A stretch of DNA of 33,820 nucleotides from an uncultured Methanosarcinales archaeon (lineage in GTDB: Archaea; Nanobdellota; Nanobdellia; Woesearchaeales; UBA119): the NCBI GenBank assembly GCA_964580745.1, contig CAZOKS010000002.1, positions 1 to 33,820 on the forward strand, written 5' to 3'. Under the pieces are notes generated by a model. That model worked only from the letters and a program-made list of their open reading frames with translations, searched no databases and was not told where the DNA came from. This document shows, one piece after another, positions 10,601 to 15,600 of this stretch. Each line of letters opens with the position of its first letter. The first letter of the stretch is position 1. The position numbers and the translations under genes are program-made.

Positions 10601-11104
10601 CTCCAAGGAAGGGTTATTAATGTTTCCCCCAACAAGCTGCACAACAAGCTCCTCTCCCTTTTGGAGTTTATTTGAGTTGATTCTCAGAGAAGGATAGCTG
10701 TTCCCCTCTTTTTTCTGAGAAAATTCCTTTTTATCCGAATTTATCTCACCTGAAACAACAAACTCAAGACTACTCATATCCCTGCCTGATTTATCCCTAA
10801 GAAAAACAGAATATTCACCTTCCTGAGCAAAACTTAATATTATAGGAAAAATCAACTCTCCCCAATACATACTTCTTCTTCCATCCTTGACCATTATTAA
10901 GTCATATTCCTTAGAAACATCTTTTCCATTCATGTTTTCAGGAACAAGCCTTAACTCTATCTTTTCATTAATGCCATAAACAATCTTCTCAAGCGGATTA
11001 AAAGAAACCTCAAAAGGCTGAATCTCAGAAAAAGAGCTATGATTACCTAAAACGATGAATACAAGTACAACTAATAAACCCGCAAAAATCTTTGGCCTTT
11101 CCAT
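1649..11104 (-). CDS. Giant (3151 aa) secreted adhesin-like protein with about 20 Ig-like repeats, two CARDB-like modules and a distinctive C-terminal domain
   Basis: 9456-nt uninterrupted ORF with an N-terminal hydrophobic signal/anchor (IFAGLLVVLVFIVLG). The N-terminal region has EGEY(S/F)V modules and the LYKC..(Y/W).F..QEC motif. Two Ig-like repeats lie at about 8840-9420, followed by a unique ~290-aa region and then the repeat arrays listed below. No C-terminal TM. N-X-S/T sequons occur about once per 10 residues in the repeats I inspected. Confidence 0.93.
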   Translation of the reverse strand: MERPKIFAGLLVVLVFIVLGNHSSFSEIQPFEVSFNPLEKIVYGINEKIELRLVPENMNGKDVSKEYDLIMVKDGRRSMYWGELIFPIILSFAQEGEYSVFLRDKSGRDMSSLEFVVSGEINSDKKEFSQKKEGNSYPSLRINSNKLQKGEELVVQLVGGNINNPSLELFVVHKDKSFKLLELSKEIRFAPSENGEYFVQLRDSGKIIDEASFFVGDKAGDVGLQSGKQTNKQFDKQSEKILGEEKALTLPSFGQEKKLATIPIKIKNHAGQSKQVRGEYGRSFRGEFIDVLNPTNKVNKIRFHDLKLKNLDSLRMEDIDNKEVWVNRNRAVQSFAIDPRGLNFSFAQIELEASGNALYKCQEYDFDAQECLGGWQKDRDIVPGENYTIMLTPEDPLYSEVNTSVGCSCSDSVNQQNSGSLSCSTFCPFTLNIPQDATSFFLEEMIINVTITVNADGCTMSNAQQSGDFDHDQNHDDGDEATIGSGSYTSTTSVSWTNSSIEQSGSRSFTNLDCSNWPDYCTYYIYIDSSMDFQAPGRSRKSPSMSISVDGVNYTINYTEPGAFSVSLDSPDNNYRTNASSEEFTYTPSNEEYSISNCSIYTNETSWSAKNTTYSITNGSQNTIIAAFNNEGHFAWNVECWDSNGNSATSPTNRTIIIDRSGPDVSLVLPSNGDTYTDSNVVPFVYNVSDDSGIDNCTLYVNGSGVKTDTSITKNQNQTINHNLDNGDYSWYVRCVDEAGNANQSSSRSLTVSVIKPIYYGNWFESSTSDCSSFPCEISLEQGTDGTQNSVSGTIAASSSELVVEAESPFMGANGAEVSSSGDVLFSTYFQTSDTRVEVSWWLYILNSSDEEELICSNTVGTASSSGAATTGSCNPSSDKRLLSTDKLYYEIELTNTHPAQSRDFVHLIDHISSFVNVTGFTQLGTLEATKTAPSSKVYVDQGNSLTLSCQVNCTDGTCLSTNVTAQTNASGSWSAISGSGIISLNGSETNPHAMGDVFNTSNSTSFGLNASSPGSTYIRCAAQSKYSTSYTEAVEVSVASTEAPEVNLSSPKNNSWVNSSSVTLEYIPSSYSQIDNCSLYINGIFNQTNSSPINNGGMNNFTLSSLEQRKYNWSVSCQDTSSRVGNSSTWYLKVDYEGPYLIELNKPIDDWSTTSPDIEFNWTAYDNRAANMSCDLRINGTRNTTITAYNATPATTTIEGFEIGYYIWDIACQDLANNTNTSETRSFNISDEPPQVSLYSPENESGTNETSVELTYNASDNFALDECELYINGIYNQSNQSVLINGLNNFSVSFDETEYNWSVTCYDNNGNNASTGNATLYVDLTKPYINLQSPGNDAYFTDSEVAFSYTPTDNYDTLNCTLYVDGVENDTSIVSSGNQYDVTLDGYKDGVHYWNVSCTDIGGNINYSETRNFTINQTPVVEPISPSNNTHTNQSNVLIEYNISDNDDIEGCSLYINSTFNQSNSTNVLKGQTNNFTLSSPAEAEYNWFVKCNDSGVYGNSDSSDTWRFIVDRTGPTISLNLPENDYTINTTVYTFNWTAADNFATGLLCNLSINDSVNGSNIESNNGVPALFNVTGLRNGDFNWSVSCVDNATNTNISETRNFTVLLSPRVNLTSPEDGDGDLFHDVSFKYIPSLGSENFTNCTLMLNGQENETKYDINAKVENNFTVTLPDGRYNWNVKCYDTNNLSGMAPENWTYYVDSEEPFEIELTYPENDSTVARNNVSFKFIPKDKISDELSCDVYLTDEGSTYSIGSDLNTTNGTEYTYYYILNDGTYNWSVDCTDKAGNFNVSDTWFFDVEAPPNVTLVAPDNESWFNETDVNLTYFPSDDILITGCALYINGSYNRTASFVLNKQNNTFEMGDLAQGAYLWSVQCNDSDGNSFMPTNKTFYVDNLSPQISLNSPINSEELDSSSVLFNWTASDNLATELSCDLWLNDSLNVTDITSNNGAPTTFTIEGIDDGDYNWSIFCRDNALNENQSNSEDFAVQEPPKVSLGNPIANYRNNSVNVTLYFTATDNSGNISLCTLILNSEANETNAGVESGVEASFNLYDLPNGSYTWDVNCSDPNSNTGTNGSSKSFYVDLEGPSVELHHPSDDQLFNQNDILFNWTATDFNSSVEVSCDLFISDPEGDILEENITSFSGEVSSKLVKNLSDGEHFWNVSCTDDLNNTDYSVTWRFVVNQPDLYINASLIGFNNTNPSINDTINITANVSNIGGIDASNVEVEFWDGRPDDGGSLIGSDQKNVAYNDSSLFYIEWNITEGMHVVFVSADPSNSINELNESNNNATLNISVLWVEWNSPENESVFNSSNVDLNFTLHDYTGGAINYSIYVNDMFSGEEGEGIDGVSENISVNLNEGLNTIFVEGLDYLDRRKNSSELYITLDTNAPTSEILTANESWFNISAPNISIRIIDSLDSILNYTLYINGSSENQGYVSNNSIENITLNTQPDGEYLLVLEGEDDASNKENSSSKIIYIDTEKPSIELNYPPNQENFSTSDVSLNYTVYDNLASVADCYITLDGEDKGLSNVNVGEENSYLATDLSEGEHLWNVTCFDEANNSNTSETRIFNVFFPPVIEVTSPKNLTWSNQDTNTFRFNVTDDTGIENCSIVLNGAIKDTKFNIINNSENSFTVSGMNNTNIWQIECYDNSSYHAYGISSERVLYVDLVEPSSTITTVNHTWFNSNPSISFILEDNMANPINYTVYVNDSFNSEGNSGNNSEDSANLLGLQNGTYEIKVEAKDNALNAQNSSSIIVYYDTVEPSINLTYPENDSSIDTDTTNLNFSVEDNMAESLICNLTLDGEIIEQNILVLNGSEENVSVVDLEGGPHYWNVSCIDNATNIGQSETYLFYSPYPDLEVNSSNIFFSDDSPSEGSIVNITATVFNIGGGDAKNITVQFWENEIGGSGSQIGSNQTINLTALESENVSVEYTAELGTNDIFVVVDPSNEIEEENETNNNASKSITVEFWHYAGGETNDTITLEDEELEGIFQWQVANSTGSNIYVSDYDADVNWQSLQALGRDTSGNERIEDFGELDNALNSSTFFDSVNATYLENGNPKETIELEVYNQEITNIPVVNSTNSTSFKTGILWDFSDGGTTYSEVQDVIFLTVVNKSQQGYNETRDFEIRIPATLGQLVGPDNDKVAFYTEIK
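1652..2203 (-). other. C-terminal ~184-aa domain of the giant protein (unnamed module, copy 1 of 4 in the window)
   Basis: FWHYAGGETNDTITLEDEELEGIFQWQV...NIYVS...FFDSVNATY...NIPVVNSTNSTSFKTGILWDFSDGG...VIFLTVVNKSQQGYNETRDFEIRIPATLGQLVGPDNDKVAFYTEIK(stop). It aligns by eye with ORFs 23821-24582 and 24648-25424, and with aa 93-262 of the 1369-aa protein. Confidence 0.65.
2204..2548 (-). other. CARDB-like module 2 of the giant protein
   Basis: PDLEVNSSNIFFSDDSPSEGSIVNITATVFNIGGGDAKNITVQFWENEIGGSGSQIGSNQTINL...DIFVVVDPSNEIEEENETNNNASKSITVE. This shows the V.N.G...A / F..D / D..N...E.NE.NN pattern typical of CARDB domains. Confidence 0.6.
2549..4219 (-). repeat. Tandem array of 6 Ig-like protein repeats (~93 aa, ~279 nt each)
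   Basis: Repeat starts read as LWVEWNSP, NAPTSEIL, EKPSIEL, FPPVIEV, VEPSSTI and VEPSINL. Three repeats have the Cys pair (DCYITLDG..WNVTCFD; NCSIVLNG..WQIECYD; ICNLTLDG..WNVSCID) and three have no Cys at all. DNA identity between units is low; the repeat is visible at protein level. Confidence 0.75.
4220..4555 (-). other. CARDB-like module 1 of the giant protein
   Basis: QPDLYINASLIGFNNTNPSINDTINITANVSNIGGIDASNVEVEFWDGRPDDGGSLIGSDQKNV...HVVFVSADPSNSINELNESNNNATLNISV. The pattern matches module 2. Confidence 0.6.
4556..7984 (-). repeat. Tandem array of 12 Ig-like protein repeats (~95 aa each), mostly alternating between two subtypes
   Basis: Subtype A looks like P.V.L.SP.N....V.L.Y..S.....C.LYING..N........NNF.......YNW.V.C.D. 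Subtype B looks like P.I.L..P........F.WTA.DN.A..LSCDL..N.....NG.....T..G...G.Y.W...C.D.A.N...SE.R.F. The order I read is A,B,A,A-like,A,B,A,B,A,B,A,B. 3429 nt / 12 = ~286 nt per unit. Confidence 0.75.
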
Positions 11105-11128
11105 CTGAAATCCTTACTTACCTTTCCT

Positions 11129-12022
11129 TTACTTACCCTTCTCTTTATTTATCTCCTTAAGGGACCCTTCAACCTCCTCCTTAATCTCTTTGGAAAGCTT
11201 AGAGAATTTATTCTTCAACTCCTCCATGGTTGATTTGGTCTTGTCATCCAGCAGGTTTATAAGATTGGTAGTGTGCTTCTCAAACTTGTTGAACTTTTTG
11301 ATGAACTTTACCAGCTCATTCTTATCCGCTTTCTCGTCCACTTCTACCTTCAACTTATCAAAATCCCCCTGCAACTTGTCAAAACTTCTCTGAAGATTCT
11401 TTGTTATCTCATTAAACTGGTCAAACTCCGAAAATTTCTTCTCTACCTCAACAAACATAGACTCAACCTTGTTGGAATGCCTTTCAACATTTGCTTCCCT
11501 CTTCTTAATCTCAATCAGTTCCTCCTTAATTTCATCGTTGAGCTTGGTTACCTGTTCAACCCCCTTGTAGAAATCAATCTTGCTCTGAACTGATTTAAGC
11601 TGCTCCAGCACATTCTTCACAAGGGATTCATTGCTCTCAATATTCGCCTTCAGCGCTTCAGTCTTAGAATCAACCTTTCTAACCTCAATCATCAATTTGT
11701 CTGGTTTAACAGATTCCACAAGGTCAATCGCTTTAGTAGCAGCAGTTTCAAGGTTTGCAATCGTTTTTGATGTGTCTGTAAGCATCCCCCTCAGCTCTCC
11801 AATCTCCTCATTAAGTTTAGAAAATCTTTCATTTGTGGCTTTTCTCTCCTCGCTCAACCCTTCAATCTTGGCACTGAGCTTCGTCAACTCTATACCAAGC
11901 TTTGAATCACCGAAATTTTCCTCTTTAGAGCTCTGCCTAGCACTCGCTCTCCTTTGCTTTTCCTCTTCCAGATTTTGCTTAATCCTTTCCTCATCGCTTA
12001 GCTTTTTCTTAAAAGGCCACAT
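11129..12022 (-). CDS. Cytoplasmic coiled-coil protein (297 aa), function unknown
   Basis: K/E/L-rich heptad-like sequence throughout, with no hydrophobic TM segment. GAAGGTGGA lies just upstream of ATG 12022. The stop is 24 nt upstream of the giant gene start. Confidence 0.8.
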   Translation of the reverse strand: MWPFKKKLSDEERIKQNLEEEKQRRASARQSSKEENFGDSKLGIELTKLSAKIEGLSEERKATNERFSKLNEEIGELRGMLTDTSKTIANLETAATKAIDLVESVKPDKLMIEVRKVDSKTEALKANIESNESLVKNVLEQLKSVQSKIDFYKGVEQVTKLNDEIKEELIEIKKREANVERHSNKVESMFVEVEKKFSEFDQFNEITKNLQRSFDKLQGDFDKLKVEVDEKADKNELVKFIKKFNKFEKHTTNLINLLDDKTKSTMEELKNKFSKLSKEIKEEVEGSLKEINKEKGK

Positions 12023-12159
12023 ATTTCCACCTTCTTGTTTTACGTCTTTTTAATTTCATTATTTTCTCTCATCCGCATTTACCCACATTTTCTCATATAG
12101 CAAACATAATGTTGTATTATGGATTCCTTTTGATTTTTATTGAGTATTATCCCTTGATA

Positions 12160-12672
12160 TTAGTCCCCTTTATTTCCATTGTCCTCCCTAACTCGCCTCA
12201 TAATCTCGCTCTTCAAGTCATACTCCTTCTTTTCTTTATCCTGTTTAATTTGTTTCTCAATTTGGCTAATCAACTCTCCAAGTTCGTTAATCCGTTCCTC
12301 ATCATCTTCAATCTCGAGAAAGCCAATCTTCCCCTTAGCCATCGTTAATAACGCCGAAGCATGAAACATATCCTTTCCTTCTTTTCTGGCAGCTGAAATC
12401 TCTCTATCCAACTCAGCCATCTTTTCCTTCAAACCCTCAAGCTTCTCCATTCCAACCCGAACATCTATTAGAGAGGATTCTTTCATCACATTAACCTTCT
12501 CAAGGTATTTCTCTGATTCTTTCATTACTTTATCAAACTCCTCTCTGCTTATGCTTCCCTCATTCTTTTTCTCATTCCTATTTTCATAACTCTCAGGATT
12601 TCTCTTTTCAGTTTTGTCTTCTTTATTCCTTACCTTATTCATTTCCTGGGCCATTAGACAACGCCTCAACAA
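12160..12672 (-). CDS. Small cytoplasmic coiled-coil protein (about 160-170 aa), function unknown
   Basis: The ORF limit is ATG 12672. In-frame ATGs at 12654 (MAQEMNKV) and 12642 (MNKV) are more plausible starts. ATG 12642 overlaps the TAA of the upstream 1369-aa gene as ATGAATAA. The protein is charged and helical with no TM. Confidence 0.7.
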   Translation of the reverse strand: MLRRCLMAQEMNKVRNKEDKTEKRNPESYENRNEKKNEGSISREEFDKVMKESEKYLEKVNVMKESSLIDVRVGMEKLEGLKEKMAELDREISAARKEGKDMFHASALLTMAKGKIGFLEIEDDEERINELGELISQIEKQIKQDKEKKEYDLKSEIMRRVREDNGNKGD

Positions 12673-15600
12673 GCTTGTCCTTCTTCATTAGATTACCAAT
12701 CCTTTCCGCGAATTCCTCATCCTCAAGGGAGTATTTTATCCAATTGGAAAAATCATGCTTTTCCTCATTTACATACTTCCTGAATGTCTCATCTGGCATA
12801 TCCTTTAATATCTCCTTTAATTCCTTAAGATTAGAGGCCACCTTTCCATCGGAAAATCTGAACTCCTTTCCTTTAGGAGCCTTCTTATTCAGCAGTCCTT
12901 CAAGATTATTCTTAGATTCAGGGCTCTCCAGAGTATCATCTTTATTCTTTTCCTTAGTTGTTTCATCAACATTCCCTTCACCTTCTTCGCCAGCCTCTTT
13001 GTTATTGCTTTTCCCTTCCTTTTCTTCCCTTTCTTTCCCCTCTTCTTTATTTTCTCTATCCTCTTCTCCTTTTTCTTTTCCTCCATCTTTCTCTTCTTTT
13101 CTATCTTCTCTGTTCTCATTATTTTCTCCTTCATCTCCTTTTTCTTCACTTACAGTATCGCTTTCTTCATCGTCTTTCCCTTCTTTTCTATCTTCTCCGT
13201 TCTCTTCACCCTTTCCATCCTCTCCATCCTTTCCATCATCCTCCTTGCTTTCGTTCTTCTTTTTATCATCCTTGCCTTTTTCTTTTTTAGGAAGTTTTTC
13301 TCCCTTGCTCCTTTTATCCAACAACTCCAAAATCTCCTTTCGGTCTTTAGTTTCATCAAGCAAATCAGCGAGCTCATCATCTCCAACTGCATTTCGAATC
13401 CAATCAGCAAAATCATTTTTCTCATCATTAACATGGAACTTGAAGTCTGAGTCCTTCATTGCCTCAATCTCTGCATACAAATCTCTGGGATTTACTACCA
13501 ACATGCCATTGTTAAGCTTCAGCATATTTTCAGGCTTTACATCTCTGTTAAATCTCTCCGTTACGGACTTCTCTGATTCCCCTTCCTTCTTCTTACCTTC
13601 TTCATCACCTTTTTTCTGTTCAGCCTCAATCTTCTCCCTTTCCTTCTTCGCTTTCTCCAGCTCCCTTCTCATCTCCTCTTCCGAAACCTTCGGCCTCTCC
13701 AACTTCTTTGGCTTTTTGCCAAGCTTCTTCCACAGCTTCTCAACCCTGGGCTTCAGGCCATCAAGATAGATTTTGGCCATGTTGAAACCTCCCGCCTTAA
13801 CCTTATCTAGTGCAAGTTTCAACTCCAACTTCAAGTCAAACACATCCTGGTCCAACTGTTCCAGCTGCTCCAACTCAAACTGCATCTGGTCAATAATATC
13901 ATTGTATTCGTTGTATTTCTCAATCTCTTCATCAGAAAGCCTCTCAACCGAATGCTTAATAGGTTTGAAAGTAACAAAGTAAGGCCGGCCTCTATTATAT
14001 GCCGAATTTTGCACCATCCCAGTTCCAACGCTTGCTTTAACCAAACTCTTCAAAACCTCATCACCGTACTTGGTCTTAATCCTCTCCAAATCCCCTTCAT
14101 CCCTTGTTCGCATCTGGATTTCCGTATTGATGTTAGCTTTAATCTGCCCCACGAAGTCCGCCAAAACCTGGCTAATAAGCATAACGCCAATTCCCCACTT
14201 CCTAAACTCTCGGCAAGCCCTTTCAATCTGGATAAAGCCCTCCCCACTTCCACCAAACTTGGATAGCAACCTATGGACCTCATCGTAAACCAAGCATAAT
14301 CTTAACTCTTGAGACTCATCAAAACCCTCATGGAATACCTCTCTAACTGTGTTCGCAACAAATACATCAATATCCTTAGGGTCAAGCTTATGAAGAGCAA
14401 AAACCTGAATTTCTCCCGGTTTCATATACTTCTTTATGTTAATAATCTCTTTAGCATCTGTAATCTCTCGAATGTTTCCCTTGAAAGCTTTAGCATCATT
14501 CGGCTTCATCCCAAATCCTGAATAAAGATTCAGCAACCCCTTATTCTCCAATTTCCTTAAAAATCCAGTCCACTGAGCAGTAGGATCAAACACAATAACA
14601 GCAACATCCTTATCCAACAACTCTTCAATAATTACCTGGGCAGCGAAACTCTTACCACCACCAGTACTACCTGCCACAATCGTGTGAGTCTTAAAGTTCT
14701 CAATCTTGAAATAAGTCCTATTATTCGTTTCTGCAATCTTCCCAACATATATCGTATCGGGTCCAGGTTTAGGAAGCTGCGAATACTCCACCTTCAAATG
14801 ATACTTCTTCTTCGCTTCAATTTCCTTTCTAAGCATAAATATGCCGAAAATCAATAAAGCCAATCCAATACCCATTAAGATGGCCTGCCAAACCCTTATC
14901 TTTCCAAACAAGAGATGCTGATAGAAAGGCTCTGTTACAGTAAAAACAGCACTAGTACTGCTCGTTAAATCAAGATAGCTGGCGCTTGCCCTGATTATAT
15001 ATTCGCCTGTAGGCAAATCAGGAGGCAGCTCATAATTCTTAATTATTGAAAGAGAAGTCCTCAAAAAAACATTCGTTTGATGAGTCCATAAAGTCTCATT
15101 GCCATTTATATTCTGAATAGTATAAACCAACTGCACCGGATACTGCTGGTCGGTAAGCAGATTTGTTAGAGAATTCTTGAATCTAACAAACGAGCCCGGA
15201 TAGTAATTCTTTTCAGGAACGCTGATTTCCATTAACATCGCCTGAACAGGACTCTTCTCCTTGCCTAAAATCTCAATAATGATAGGGATTGTCGTATTAA
15301 TCCCGCCAGTAATGTTAAGCGTTCCATTGTATACCCCTGGAGTGCTGTTTCCAAAGAAAGTCAAGGTCAAATCATCAAGGTCCTTTGCCCCAATAAACGT
15401 TCCCCTTTTATCCATCATTGTTATTTTCTTAACATCTCCTGTAATGTTAAATTGAAGCTGAATCCCCTTGTTCTTAAAACTCTGGATATGAATAACCTCT
15501 TGGGCAAACTCAGCCAGCCTAATCTTCTTATAGATTTTATTGACAGAAATCCAGAACTCCTTCCCCTCAATCTCAGAGGGCCTTTCTTTTCTATATGGGA

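Noticed and set aside
11129-12022. Assigning the 297-aa coiled-coil protein to ESCRT-III/PspA or archaellum accessory (FlaC/D/E) families
   Set aside because: The only support is general helical, charged composition and an M-W-P-F-K-K-K N-terminus. There are no diagnostic motifs I can verify without a profile search.
11190-12364. Plus-strand ORFs overlapping the two coiled-coil genes
   Set aside because: They are antisense shadows of K/E-rich coiled-coil coding sequence. They have no start context and Leu/Ser/Phe-rich products.
12675-13769. 364-aa plus-strand ORF rich in Ser/Phe/Pro/Leu, plus minus-strand alternative-frame ORFs 12889-13149 and 13150-13434
   Set aside because: These are antisense or frame-shifted readings of the purine-rich K/E/D low-complexity part of the 1369-aa gene. 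Stop codons are rare in such sequence by composition alone.
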